64,000 bases of DNA from an uncultured Candidatus Saccharibacteria bacterium (GTDB lineage: Bacteria > Patescibacteriota > Minisyncoccia > Phycocordibacterales > UBA9973). Both the position numbers and the translations under genes were made by a program. The notes beneath the pieces were generated by a model. The model saw only the letters and a program-made list of their open reading frames with translations, was not told where the DNA came from and made no database searches. Location of the stretch: contig CAZHJZ010000001.1 in assembly GCA_964532495.1 (NCBI GenBank), positions 108,890 through 172,889 of the forward strand, written 5' to 3'. Positions 46,983 to 57,280 of the stretch are shown here, piece after piece (position 1 is the stretch's first letter; every line of letters starts with the position of its first letter).

Positions 46983-47888
46983 TTAGCGCTTTCCAGTAAT
47001 GATAGGAATAGCCTTGGCGATCAATGCCGTCACACTATCATACATGTGGAGGGTTGTCACCTCTTTCAATGAGAACCATTTGCAGTCATCAAGGCCGCCT
47101 GAGGTTGACTCAAGTTTGACTGGAACGTACGAAGACTCGCCCAAATAAAAGATCACCTGCTTGCGGATCTTACCTTTTTGAGGATGCGATGCGACGTATT
47201 CATCGTCGCCAAGCTTTTCGACAATCTTCATGTCGAGGCTCATTTCTTCTTTGATCTCTCGGATCGCAGCTTGCTCCGGTGTTTCTCCTTCTTCAACGCT
47301 TCCTTTTGAAAGTGTCCAGTAGCCGAACACATCATGCACCATGGCAAGGTAAATCTCGCCCTTATCTATGGCGTATACGACTGCGCCCGCCTTGCTTTCA
47401 ATCGGGAGCTTGGTGATGTCCACGGGCTCATCTTTCATCTGTCGTTTTGACTTCTGGTCTTTGCCTGGTTCGCCAAGTTCTTTGTACACCGCACCCAATA
47501 CGCCGTTCACAAATCGTGACGAGCTGTCTGAGCCGAATGTTTTCGCAAGTTCGATCGCTTCATTAATAGAAACTTTTGGAGGAACTTCGTTGTGATCGCC
47601 AAACAAAAGCTCAGCAAGTCCCATGCGAAGAATATTTCGATCAACTGCATTGATCTTGTCGATCGGCCATTCTGGAGCAGCCTTTGCAACAATTTCATCA
47701 ATAAGATCCTTTTTGCGAATAACGTTCATAGTGAGCGTTGTCATAAACGGCAAGTCTTCGAGACCTGGAGCGAACTCTTCTGAGTTGCGCTTCAAAATAC
47801 CCTCGACATCGCTGTCTGGCTTACCTTTAAAATCCCACTCGAAGAGGGTTTGGAGAATCACTGAACGTGAAAGATGACGATTTGCCAT
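46983..47888 (-). CDS. nusB: NusB antitermination factor fused to a C-terminal NUDIX hydrolase domain
   Basis: NusB fold over residues 1-140 (ILQTLFEWDF, LRMGLAELLF). Nudix box GSVEEGETPEQAAIREIKEEMSL in the C-terminal 140 aa. Confidence 0.8.
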   Translation of the reverse strand: MANRHLSRSVILQTLFEWDFKGKPDSDVEGILKRNSEEFAPGLEDLPFMTTLTMNVIRKKDLIDEIVAKAAPEWPIDKINAVDRNILRMGLAELLFGDHNEVPPKVSINEAIELAKTFGSDSSSRFVNGVLGAVYKELGEPGKDQKSKRQMKDEPVDITKLPIESKAGAVVYAIDKGEIYLAMVHDVFGYWTLSKGSVEEGETPEQAAIREIKEEMSLDMKIVEKLGDDEYVASHPQKGKIRKQVIFYLGESSYVPVKLESTSGGLDDCKWFSLKEVTTLHMYDSVTALIAKAIPIITGKR

Positions 47889-47969
47889 AAAAGAACAATA
47901 AAGAACTAAGTATTAGTAAAAGAACAATAATGAAGGTCAATAAAGATATTGAAAACGAAAAGCAAAAGC

Positions 47970-48182
47970 TTATTTAGCCTTTGCTTTTGCCTGCTTCTTC
48001 TCAACTTTCGCAACTACATCGATAACTTTCTTGCCACGGTACATGCCAGTTGCCATGTCGACGCGGTGTCGAAGGTGAGTCGATCCAGTCTTGGAGTCAA
48101 CAGAAAGAGCTGCGCCCTTAACCTTATGGTGCGAACGGCGGTTAGCCGTGTGCGCACGTGTGTGTCTCATTCGTACTACCAT
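47970..48182 (-). CDS. rpmF: 50S ribosomal protein L32
   Basis: RRSHHKV...LSVDSKTGSTHLRHRV...YRGKKVI matches L32. Confidence 0.85.
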   Translation of the reverse strand: MVVRMRHTRAHTANRRSHHKVKGAALSVDSKTGSTHLRHRVDMATGMYRGKKVIDVVAKVEKKQAKAKAK

Positions 48183-48281
48183 ATACCGCTATAGTACCAG
48201 AAAAGATAATAAATGCAAGTTTTACGAGCAATTTAAATAAGAGTTCTGTGAGAACGCTCCGCACCATATGTATTTCAATTA

Positions 48282-48923
48282 CTACCCTTTAGCCAAGACG
48301 CTCGTGAGAAATGACTTGCGGTGGTATGGAGTGATACCATGTTTTTTGATGGCCTTGTAATGCTCAGCCGTGCCGTAGCCTTTGTGATTCTCGAAACCAT
48401 ATTCAGGGTGGACATCGGACAGTTCTTCCATCATCTGGTCGCGGAGTACTTTTGCAGCAATTGAAGCAAGAGCAATCACCGGCTCCTTTTCGTCTCCTTT
48501 GATGATCGTTTCTTGATGCGGATATTCTTCCGGCGCATGCAATCCACCGTCGAGCAGAATATGCACATGCTGCGGATCAGCCTGCAGTCTTGCCAAAGCC
48601 TCGACTAAAGCACACTGAATAGCATTTGAAATGCCGACAACATCTATGTCTTCCGCAGAAACATACGCAACAGCATATTCAAGAATGCCTTTTTCGCGCC
48701 ATTCTTCAATCTGCTCGAACCATTGTTCTCTTTTTTGAGGAGAAAGTTTTTTGGAATCTTTGATATGAGCTGGAGGGTCAGTTTCCCTATCCTTCCAGAT
48801 AAGTGCGCAAACTGCCACAGGACCGGCGATCGGGCCTCTGCCGACTTCGTCGATGCCTATTAAAAATTTTGGCGTTTGGCGTATTAACACTCCACTAAGT
48901 ATATCAAACATTTGGAACTGCAA
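48282..48923 (-). CDS. rnhB: ribonuclease HII
   Basis: GIDEVGRGPIAGPVAVCA active-site motif. Confidence 0.9.
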   Translation of the reverse strand: MQFQMFDILSGVLIRQTPKFLIGIDEVGRGPIAGPVAVCALIWKDRETDPPAHIKDSKKLSPQKREQWFEQIEEWREKGILEYAVAYVSAEDIDVVGISNAIQCALVEALARLQADPQHVHILLDGGLHAPEEYPHQETIIKGDEKEPVIALASIAAKVLRDQMMEELSDVHPEYGFENHKGYGTAEHYKAIKKHGITPYHRKSFLTSVLAKG

Positions 48924-48999
48924 CTACCTGGATAAAAAAATAAAACCGCTGATCATAGACCAACGGTTTTTAAATAAATTGCATGCTCTCGTTTACCAA

Positions 49000-49617
49000 T
49001 TAAAGATCGGTAAACATGTCTTTTGTTTTTAGATTGTGCCGGATATATTGAATGGCGTCTTCTAAATACGGGCGGTGGTTCTTAAATAATGTGAAGCACA
49101 AATTGTGCTCAAGCCAGAATGGCTCGCTGGTTTCGCCTCCCTTTGGTGCTTTGGTGATCAACTCACCACTCCATTCCGTAACAACACACCCGAATTTGGT
49201 GTGGTCCTCATTCATACGTTTAGGATCCTGAGGAGAGGTTGGCCGCGTTGCTTCAGAAAGGTAAATCACTTCGGTTGGAGTTAGGCCAGTTAAAAACTTC
49301 ATTTTGCGATCAAGAGTTTGAGCAATAGTCTCATGTTCCTCTCCTGAACCTGCAGTAAGTCTTGTTGTAGTGCCATGCGTCTCATCGGTGTGTCTCACCA
49401 ATAACACTTGGGTTTGCTTAGTTTCGATATTGAATTGAATAACTGCCGCTATCACAGCGTGAGTTAAGTCACCTTCAATTGATAGGCGTTTCAAATCAAT
49501 AGTAGTAATACCATGCTTGTTATTCCTGCTCATGTTTTTCCCTTTGGGAACCCAATGTTCATGAATATTCTTGTCTTTGGTATCGTTTTTGAGTACGTTA
49601 ATGTGTTTATTTGCCAC
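49000..49617 (-). CDS. hypothetical protein, possibly a degenerate Nudix-like fold
   Basis: Segment AGSGEEHETIAQTLDRKMKFLTGL loosely resembles a Nudix box. Weak. Confidence 0.35.
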   Translation of the reverse strand: MANKHINVLKNDTKDKNIHEHWVPKGKNMSRNNKHGITTIDLKRLSIEGDLTHAVIAAVIQFNIETKQTQVLLVRHTDETHGTTTRLTAGSGEEHETIAQTLDRKMKFLTGLTPTEVIYLSEATRPTSPQDPKRMNEDHTKFGCVVTEWSGELITKAPKGGETSEPFWLEHNLCFTLFKNHRPYLEDAIQYIRHNLKTKDMFTDL

Positions 49618-49826
49618 GGTATTGCGTTTTAGTGACCGCAGCCTTCTTCATCTTTTTTCCTTTCAAAAAATGAGGAAAAAGAATGGGGTCACTAAACCAA
49701 TACACATGAAGTACGTTTGTGGCTAATTATATCACAAACACAGTTAATGTCAATAGCATTTTACGCTTGATTTAAAAGGTCATTTGGCCTTGAAGTAAGC
49801 ACACAAAACCTGTACACTCTACCCAC

Positions 49827-52800
49827 ATGGCATCTAACTTCGTCCATCTTCATACCCACTCGCACTATTCCCTATTGGACGGACTTACAAAACTCGACGA
49901 CATGGTCAAGATCGCCAAAGATCATGGCATGACGGCAATCGCTCTCACTGATCATGGCAACATGTATGGCGCTATCGAGTTCTACAAGATCTGCAAAAAA
50001 AATGGCATCAAACCTATCATTGGAGTGGAGGCATATGTCACCGCAGGTTCACGCCATGACAAGACAGCAAACACGGATGGCGGCAAGCGCTACTATCATA
50101 TGATCCTGTTGGCAAAAAATTTGCAGGGATACAAAAATCTGATTCGCCTAGTCACTAAAGCAAACCTTGAAGGCTACTACTACAAGCCTCGAATGGACAA
50201 AGAAATCTTGCGAGAATTTCATGAAGGAATTGTCGCTCTTTCCGGCTGTATGGGCGGCGAACTTTCTCAGACTATTATGAAAGGAAATTGGGAGAAGGCG
50301 GATGAGATTATCCGGGAATCTCAAGAAATTTTTGGCAAAGAAAATTATTTCATCGAAATCCAATCGCATCCTTCTATTCCTGGCGATCCGGAACTGCGAC
50401 GCGATCTCGTGAAGCTCGCGGCAAAACATGGCATTCCAACTGTTGCAACACAGGATTCCCATTATCCATGCCAAGATGATCATGAGGCGCACCACACGCT
50501 GCTTGCTATCAACACGCAAAGTGACGGCAACGCGGGATTGGAATTTTCAAAAGATGACTTTTCTTTGATTGATGAAAAGACGGCACTGGATTATTTTAAA
50601 GATGTTCCTGAGTCTGTTGGGAATACCATGAAAGTCGCAGATCTCTGCGAAGATTATGAGATCGAACTTGGCGTGGCGTACTTCCCTGAATTTCCTCTGC
50701 CAGAAGGAATCACTGCCGATCAAAAATTGCACGAACTAGCGCATGCTGGATTTGCATACCGCGAGATCGAGGTAACAAAAGAATATGCAGACCGCTTGGA
50801 TTATGAACTGAGCGTTATCAAGCAAAAAGGCTACGCCGGATACTTCCTCGTTGTGGGAGATCTTTTGAAATTTGCACGTGAGAATGGAATCCTGACAAAT
50901 ATTCGAGGATCGGTTGCTGGATCGCTTACTACATACTTGATCGGTATTACGAACGTAGATCCGCTTGTGTACAAGCTTCCCTTCGAACGCTTCTTGAACC
51001 CTGAACGTCCGTCGCTTCCCGATATCGATATGGACTACGCCGATAACCGCCGCGGTGAAATGATTGAATATGCAAAACGCAAATACGGAGAAGATCATGT
51101 AGCTCAGATTGGTACCTTTGGTACCATGATGGCCAAAGGCTCTGTGCGCGATGTAGCGCGCGCCCTTGGCTTCCCGTATGCAATTGGCGACAGGCTTTCG
51201 ACTATGATCCCTATGGGCTCACAGGGCTTTCCTATGACGATCGAGCGTGCAATGGAAATGGTGCCAGAACTCGCCAAAGCATACAAACAAGAACCAGAAA
51301 CAAAACGCATTATCGACCTTGCCAAGAAAATGGAAGGTTGTGTTCGTCACGTCTCTGTTCACGCTGCTGGCGTGGTGATCGCCCCAAAACCGTTGTACGA
51401 ATTTGCTCCGACTCAATACGACCCGAAAGGTGACGCGATCATTACTCAATATGACATGCATTACATCGAAGATGTAGGATTGCCGAAGTTCGACTTCCTT
51501 GGAATTCGAAACCTCGCTATTCTTGCGGATGCAGTTACGCTCGTAAAGCAGCTCCGAAATATTGATGTTGATCTCGACCGAGTAGATATCGAAGACATGC
51601 CGACATTCCACATGCTTGCCCGTGGAGAAACCATGGGGCTCTTTCAGCTCAACGGTGGCGGCATGACTGCATATCTCAAACAGCTTCGCCCAACAACTAT
51701 TCATGACATCAATGCCATGGTTGCGTTGTATCGTCCGGGTCCTATGGAAATGATTCCCGAATATATCAAGCGCAAACACAACAACTCGCTTGTACGATAT
51801 CTCGATCCGCGCATGAAAGATATTCTCGATCAATCATACGGAGTTATCACCTACCAGGACGATGTCATGATGATCGCTATCAAGCTCGCCGGATATAGCT
51901 GGCTTGAAGCCGACAAACTCCGAAAAGCCATGGGTAAGAAAATCCCGGCAGAAATGGAAGCGCAAAAAGAAAAATTGCTCACTGGATTCATTGCCAATGG
52001 CTTAGATCAGAAGAAAGCCCAGAAACTTTGGGAACTGATCGAACCGTTTGCCGCCTATGGATTTAACAAAGCGCATGCTGCTTCATACGGTCGCGTATCG
52101 TACCAGACAGCCTACATGAAGGCCAACTTCCCCGTCGAATATATGACGGCTATTCTCACTGCTGAATCCGGCGATGTGGAAAAAGTTGCCGAAATCATCC
52201 ATGAATGTGAAAAGATGAATATCGAAGTCTTGCCTCCAAACGTAAACGAAAGTTTTGGCGGATTTACTGTGATTGAAAATATCGCAAAAGAAGATCCTGC
52301 CCAGCCAGGACACATGAAAACGGGCGTGATCCGTTTCGGATTTTACACTATCAAAAACTTGGGAACAGATATTTCTGACGCTATCATCGCCGAACGAAAA
52401 GCTAACGGGCCATTCCAAACGATCGGTGATTTCCTCGATCGCATCAAGAATAAGAACTTGAATAAGAAATCTTTAGAGGCGCTTATCAAATCCGGAGCGA
52501 TGGATGCTTTCGGCGAACGAGGCCAGCTTCTCTCAAACATGGAAGACATGCTCCATTACAATCGCGAGAGCACCAAAGATACTAACCAAATCTCACTCTT
52601 TGGAGATTCTCCTGAACTTTTCAATACGAGCTTCAACCTCAAGCCCGGCGAACCAGCCGCCCAGAAAGATATGCTGATTTGGGAAAAAGAATTGCTCGGC
52701 CTATTCGTATCCGGACATCCGCTGAATGCCTTTCGAGAAAAGATCGAAAAAAATGGAATTACCATTAAAAAAATCCGAGAGGAATTGGTAAAGGACGCAC

Positions 52801-53039
52801 CGGTAACATTTGCCGGCATCATCGAAGAAGTTAAGATCGTCATCACAAAAAATAACGACAAGATGGCCTTCATGCGCATGGCTGACTTTACAGGCGCAAT
52901 GGAGACGGTGGTATTTCCAAAAGTATTCAAAGAGTTTGGCGACAAGCTTGTGGTAGACGCGATTATTGCGATTAAGGGGAAAGTTTCTGAACGAAAAGAA
53001 GAGAAGAGCGTGCTGATCGACGGAGTGAAGGTGCTCTAA
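49827..53039 (+). CDS. dnaE: DNA polymerase III alpha subunit
   Basis: PHP domain HLHTHSHYSLLDG. Polymerase core and OB fold. Length 1070 aa. Confidence 0.95.
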   Translation: MASNFVHLHTHSHYSLLDGLTKLDDMVKIAKDHGMTAIALTDHGNMYGAIEFYKICKKNGIKPIIGVEAYVTAGSRHDKTANTDGGKRYYHMILLAKNLQGYKNLIRLVTKANLEGYYYKPRMDKEILREFHEGIVALSGCMGGELSQTIMKGNWEKADEIIRESQEIFGKENYFIEIQSHPSIPGDPELRRDLVKLAAKHGIPTVATQDSHYPCQDDHEAHHTLLAINTQSDGNAGLEFSKDDFSLIDEKTALDYFKDVPESVGNTMKVADLCEDYEIELGVAYFPEFPLPEGITADQKLHELAHAGFAYREIEVTKEYADRLDYELSVIKQKGYAGYFLVVGDLLKFARENGILTNIRGSVAGSLTTYLIGITNVDPLVYKLPFERFLNPERPSLPDIDMDYADNRRGEMIEYAKRKYGEDHVAQIGTFGTMMAKGSVRDVARALGFPYAIGDRLSTMIPMGSQGFPMTIERAMEMVPELAKAYKQEPETKRIIDLAKKMEGCVRHVSVHAAGVVIAPKPLYEFAPTQYDPKGDAIITQYDMHYIEDVGLPKFDFLGIRNLAILADAVTLVKQLRNIDVDLDRVDIEDMPTFHMLARGETMGLFQLNGGGMTAYLKQLRPTTIHDINAMVALYRPGPMEMIPEYIKRKHNNSLVRYLDPRMKDILDQSYGVITYQDDVMMIAIKLAGYSWLEADKLRKAMGKKIPAEMEAQKEKLLTGFIANGLDQKKAQKLWELIEPFAAYGFNKAHAASYGRVSYQTAYMKANFPVEYMTAILTAESGDVEKVAEIIHECEKMNIEVLPPNVNESFGGFTVIENIAKEDPAQPGHMKTGVIRFGFYTIKNLGTDISDAIIAERKANGPFQTIGDFLDRIKNKNLNKKSLEALIKSGAMDAFGERGQLLSNMEDMLHYNRESTKDTNQISLFGDSPELFNTSFNLKPGEPAAQKDMLIWEKELLGLFVSGHPLNAFREKIEKNGITIKKIREELVKDAPVTFAGIIEEVKIVITKNNDKMAFMRMADFTGAMETVVFPKVFKEFGDKLVVDAIIAIKGKVSERKEEKSVLIDGVKVL

Positions 53040-53046
53040 TACGCAA

Positions 53047-53078
53047 ATAAAAAAACCGCCTTTTATCAAAGCGGTTTA
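53047..53078. terminator. bidirectional terminator
   Basis: aaccgc cttttatcaaa gcggtt. A strong T-run on the minus strand. Confidence 0.6.
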
Positions 53079-53105
53079 CATACCAATTATGGTGGACTAA
53101 TTATT

Positions 53106-53708
53106 TTATTTCTTTGTTCTTGTTTTGCGTTTATTTACCATCCAGGCTTCTGCTTCTGCTAAAGAAGTGAATGGGGCCGCCGGGCGTTCATCATCGTCTC
53201 CAGAAGTGTCTATTGGCGAAGCGGAAGAATACAGGGTGCGGTTGCTCTCAGTATTATTGGTTACGATGTGAAAAAAGGGATCTTCAGCTCTGCGTATTTC
53301 TACGTTATTTACATACAACATTCCTTTATGCGAAATGGCGAAAAGTGTATTTCCTTTCGATATGCGAATGATTCTATATTCATCGCTGTAATTTCTGCTT
53401 TCTGGCAATGAAGAATTAACCATTTCGAGGCATTCTTGTATTTCTCGTACATTGAGCGTTCTTAGGGAAGCTTGAGCTGCCACAGTCGCGATTGCTCCTG
53501 TTGAAGTGATACAACCTTTGCTGGTATCAAATGTAGTAATTTTACCATTGGAAGCGTAGAAGTAACCGATAAAACTTTGATCTAGTTCAGCAAAAAAATG
53601 AATTTTTACCATGTTTTCTTTATCAGTTTTATACACATTGGCAATGTGAACAAGAAGAGGTGAATATTCCATTTGGTCTGTATTTAAGTTAACGAATACC
53701 GAACTCAC
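53106..53708 (-). CDS. hypothetical protein (200 aa)
   Basis: ORF with its own terminator. No motifs recognised. Confidence 0.45.
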   Translation of the reverse strand: MSSVFVNLNTDQMEYSPLLVHIANVYKTDKENMVKIHFFAELDQSFIGYFYASNGKITTFDTSKGCITSTGAIATVAAQASLRTLNVREIQECLEMVNSSLPESRNYSDEYRIIRISKGNTLFAISHKGMLYVNNVEIRRAEDPFFHIVTNNTESNRTLYSSASPIDTSGDDDERPAAPFTSLAEAEAWMVNKRKTRTKK

Positions 53709-53871
53709 GACGAGGTCATGCCCTTGGTATTCGCTACCTTTGTTTTAAGGAATATGTCAGTTCACTATATAATAAAAACGGGATATGTCAATGTTATATT
53801 AATTAGATAATTTTAAATTGCGTAAAAAATTACCTTTAAAAACAGCACATTACATGCTAGTATAGAATTCT

Positions 53872-55614
53872 ATGAATCCAGAAGAACTATCAAAAGTCCG
53901 CCATACATTGGCACACTTACTCGCCCAATCAGTACAGGCTCACTACCCTGCTGTACAGCTCACGCTTGGGCCTGCAGTCGATAACGGCTTCTACTACGAT
54001 ATGGATTTTGGTACCGAAAAAATCGGCGACTCTGATCTCGGCAAAATCCAGACAACAATGCGAAAGAATCTTTCGAAGTGGGTTGCTTTCACGCACCGTG
54101 AAGTCACCAAAGATGAAGCGCTCGCTCTCTTTGCTGGTAACCCATACAAGACCGAACTCATAAACGAAATTGCAGACCGCGGAGAAAAGATCACTCTTTA
54201 CTCTTGTGGAGGATTTGAAGACTTGTGCCGCGGAGGACATGCAGAAAATCCGGGCAAAGAAATTTCAGCGGACTCATTCAAGCTTGACCGCGTAGCCGGC
54301 GCATACTGGCGCGGAGACGAGAAGAATCCAATGTTGACTCGTATTTACGGATTGGCCTTTGAATCAAAAGATGCGCTCGATGCGTACATCGCTCAACAAG
54401 AAGAAGCGAAGAAGCGCGACCACCGAAAGCTCGGAAAAGAAATGGGCTTGTTCGTTTTCTCCGATCTCGTCGGTCCTGGACTTCCCCTCTGGACTCCAAA
54501 AGGAACTTTCATTCGTGAGGCATTGAATGACTATGTATGGTCACTTCGAAAGAAAAAGGGCTATCAAAAAGTCACTATCCCTCACATCACTAAAAAAGAA
54601 CTCTACGAAACTTCAGGCCACTGGGCGAAGTACGCTGACGATTTGTTCAAGATCCACACTCGCGAGGATCATCTCTTTGCGATGAAGCCAATGAACTGCC
54701 CGCATCACACGCAGATCTTCGACAGCGAACCTAGAAGCTACCGAGACATGCCACAGCGATATGCTGAGACAACGATGGTGTACCGTGACGAACAGTCTGG
54801 GGAACTCTCTGGACTCTCACGCGTGATCTCAATTACTCAGGATGATGCGCACGTATTCTGCCGAGAAAATCAGATCGAGGTTGAAGCAATGGCTATCTGG
54901 GACATCATTGAAACATTTTACGGAACATTCGGATTTGATTTGAAAGTCCGCTTCTCTCGCCACGATCCTTCACAGATGGAAAAATATTTGGGCGGACCAG
55001 AAGTCTGGGCGAAAGCAGAAGGTGCGCTTGAAAACCTTATGAAATCAAAAGGCGTGACTTGGATGGACGGTCTCGGCGAAGCAGCATTCTATGGACCAAA
55101 GATCGACTTCATCGCGCATGACTCTATTGGCCGAGTACTTCAAGTTGCGACAATCCAGCTCGACTTCAACCAGCCAAAGAACTTCGGGCTTGTATGTACT
55201 AACGAGAAAGGAGAAAAAGAACAGATCGTCATGATCCACGCAGCGATTATGGGATCAATCGAACGATTCATGTCCACAATGATCGAACACCTCGCTGGAA
55301 ACTTCCCAACATGGCTCTCTCCTACTCAAGTTACCATCGTTCCTATCCGTGAAGAACATGGAGCATTCGCGCAGAAGTTAAACGACATGTTATTGGAAAA
55401 TGATATCCGCGTGAAGTTGGATGCCGGAAAAGACTCTATGGGCAAGCGTATTCGTGAATCAAAGACACAACGCATTCCATATACGATCGTTATCGGAGAT
55501 CAAGAATCAGCAAGCGGTATTCTCACTATTGAAACTCGAGGTGGTGAAAAACTTCAGATAAGTGGTGATGAATTTCTCGCTAAGGTAATCGAAGAAGTTA
55601 AGACCAAAGCGTAA
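53872..55614 (+). CDS. thrS: threonyl-tRNA synthetase, lacking the N-terminal TGS domain
   Basis: Editing-domain HxxxH (VRHTLAHLL). Class II motifs RDHRKLG and KPMNCPHH. C-terminal anticodon-binding domain. Confidence 0.93.
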   Translation: MNPEELSKVRHTLAHLLAQSVQAHYPAVQLTLGPAVDNGFYYDMDFGTEKIGDSDLGKIQTTMRKNLSKWVAFTHREVTKDEALALFAGNPYKTELINEIADRGEKITLYSCGGFEDLCRGGHAENPGKEISADSFKLDRVAGAYWRGDEKNPMLTRIYGLAFESKDALDAYIAQQEEAKKRDHRKLGKEMGLFVFSDLVGPGLPLWTPKGTFIREALNDYVWSLRKKKGYQKVTIPHITKKELYETSGHWAKYADDLFKIHTREDHLFAMKPMNCPHHTQIFDSEPRSYRDMPQRYAETTMVYRDEQSGELSGLSRVISITQDDAHVFCRENQIEVEAMAIWDIIETFYGTFGFDLKVRFSRHDPSQMEKYLGGPEVWAKAEGALENLMKSKGVTWMDGLGEAAFYGPKIDFIAHDSIGRVLQVATIQLDFNQPKNFGLVCTNEKGEKEQIVMIHAAIMGSIERFMSTMIEHLAGNFPTWLSPTQVTIVPIREEHGAFAQKLNDMLLENDIRVKLDAGKDSMGKRIRESKTQRIPYTIVIGDQESASGILTIETRGGEKLQISGDEFLAKVIEEVKTKA

Positions 55615-55622
55615 TACCTCAT

Positions 55623-55656
55623 AAAAGAGCGGCGCCTTCGGCGCCGCTCTTTTATA
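55623..55656. terminator. strong bidirectional terminator
   Basis: aaaagagcggcgcc ttcg gcgccgctctttt. Confidence 0.8.
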
Positions 55657-55659
55657 TTC

Positions 55660-56124
55660 TTACAGATATTTTATTTCTTTCCCTAATTCTTTAATTAAAT
55701 TATGCTCCCATTTTGCACCAGTGGAACTTTCCCAATTCGGTAAGAAATAAAATGTCTTCACCTTGTCATTCTTCATCAGCGGCAAATAAAAATCATCTAA
55801 GATACTAAAGGCATATTCGCCCGGTTTTAAATCCTTCTTGAGACCTTGCATCGGTTTTTCAAATGGCATTTGATCAAACACATGAATGCCTTCTGCTTGA
55901 AGTTTTTTGATCTGAGCATTGAAAGCTAGCATATTCGCCTCAAGAGATCCTAAGCCTCCAGTAGCGATTGGCCCGCAGACTTGAACGATATCCTCTGGCA
56001 TGCGTGACAAGACCCGTTCAGCTACTGCATACATTTCTTTGGCCGTAACAGCATGGTCAAGATCCTGCCAATCCTGCTCTGTCCAAAACGAATCTGTGAT
56101 TGTGTTGTTATTTTTTGTAAACAT
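55660..56124 (-). CDS. DUF4406-like (nucleoside 2-deoxyribosyltransferase-like fold) protein, tentative
   Basis: VCGPIATGG...SLEANM pattern resembles the N-terminal glycine-rich loop of the NDT-like DUF4406 family. Confidence 0.4.
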   Translation of the reverse strand: MFTKNNNTITDSFWTEQDWQDLDHAVTAKEMYAVAERVLSRMPEDIVQVCGPIATGGLGSLEANMLAFNAQIKKLQAEGIHVFDQMPFEKPMQGLKKDLKPGEYAFSILDDFYLPLMKNDKVKTFYFLPNWESSTGAKWEHNLIKELGKEIKYL

Positions 56125-56127
56125 AGA

Positions 56128-56571
56128 TTATTTATTTTCGTAATAATATTTGAGACACTTATCTTCTTCTACCATAAGCTTTGTTTCAAACGCTTCCTTT
56201 TCTGTTACCCAGGCAAATGCTATATGTTCTGTAGGATTTATTTTAACTTCAGGTAGCACCTCAAATCTAATCCTGTAATTATAAAATTTGAAGTTCTTAT
56301 TTAATGGTTCGTTTACTACATAGAATGTAGTAATATATTCAAATTTTTCTGGAGGTATTTGAATACCTGTTTCTTCAAAAAGTTCTCTTGACATGGCGCT
56401 TTTTTTATCAATATCGTTACTATCAACTTTACCGCTTGGTCTACCAAATGCTAGGCCTTCAGGCTTGTCTGGATGGCGCTGAAGCTGCAAAATCTTTCCA
56501 TCACATTCAACAAAGCAGCCAACTACTTCAATGGAATTTTCAAATGATTCGGGTTGCTGGAGGTAAAACAT
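56128..56571 (-). CDS. NUDIX hydrolase
   Basis: GKVDSNDIDKKSAMSRELFEETGI Nudix box with the first Glu replaced by Asp. Confidence 0.7.
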   Translation of the reverse strand: MFYLQQPESFENSIEVVGCFVECDGKILQLQRHPDKPEGLAFGRPSGKVDSNDIDKKSAMSRELFEETGIQIPPEKFEYITTFYVVNEPLNKNFKFYNYRIRFEVLPEVKINPTEHIAFAWVTEKEAFETKLMVEEDKCLKYYYENK

Positions 56572-56573
56572 AC

Positions 56574-57278
56574 TTATTTCTCATTTATTACGTAACATAT
56601 TTTTTCAATAATTTGTTTCATTTCAGAAGCGTGTCCATCAAGCCAAGGCAATAAAGGATGTGTAGCATTAGGTATCGTAATAATTTCTCTCGACTTTGCA
56701 TTTTGTGCTGAATTAAATGTTCTTTCAATTACTTCTTCTGGAATAACATCATCTGATTCAGCCTTAACAACAAGAAGATTGCCTGTATATTTCTCAAGAA
56801 TTTTCCAAGCATCGCTTTCAATCCAACTACCCGGTTTTCGTATGATACTGCTGAAGTCGGGTCCAAAAAGTACTTCATATGCTCGAGCATCATAGACAGC
56901 TGGTGCCAACAATATGAGATTTTCGATTTGAAACATTTCAGTAAGCTTGATTGCAACATAGCCACTCATACTAGATGCCAGTATTGAAAGCGGCTGTGTT
57001 ATTTTTTGATTTTCGATTACTATAGTAGCTTCCTTAACTCTTTGATGAAGCGAAGAAGCTGACATTTCTCCGCCAGTCTCTCCATGTCCACTAAAATCAA
57101 ACGAAAACGAGCTAATACTTTTTTCTAGCAACAATCCTCGTAATATATTAAATTGACTCCGCCCTGTTGCCCCCCCGCCATGCAAACAAACAACAGTATT
57201 CTTTGTTGTAGAGTCGGACATATAGTCACCTTGTAATTGGACAGTATTTTCTTGGACTGGAATTGAAAATTTTAGCAT
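56574..57278 (-). CDS. alpha/beta hydrolase
   Basis: HGGGATGRS. Nucleophile elbow ASSMSGY. Confidence 0.6.
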   Translation of the reverse strand: MLKFSIPVQENTVQLQGDYMSDSTTKNTVVCLHGGGATGRSQFNILRGLLLEKSISSFSFDFSGHGETGGEMSASSLHQRVKEATIVIENQKITQPLSILASSMSGYVAIKLTEMFQIENLILLAPAVYDARAYEVLFGPDFSSIIRKPGSWIESDAWKILEKYTGNLLVVKAESDDVIPEEVIERTFNSAQNAKSREIITIPNATHPLLPWLDGHASEMKQIIEKICYVINEK

Positions 57279-57280
57279 AA

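Noticed and set aside
51219-51833. 204-aa minus-strand ORF
   Set aside because: Antisense to dnaE.
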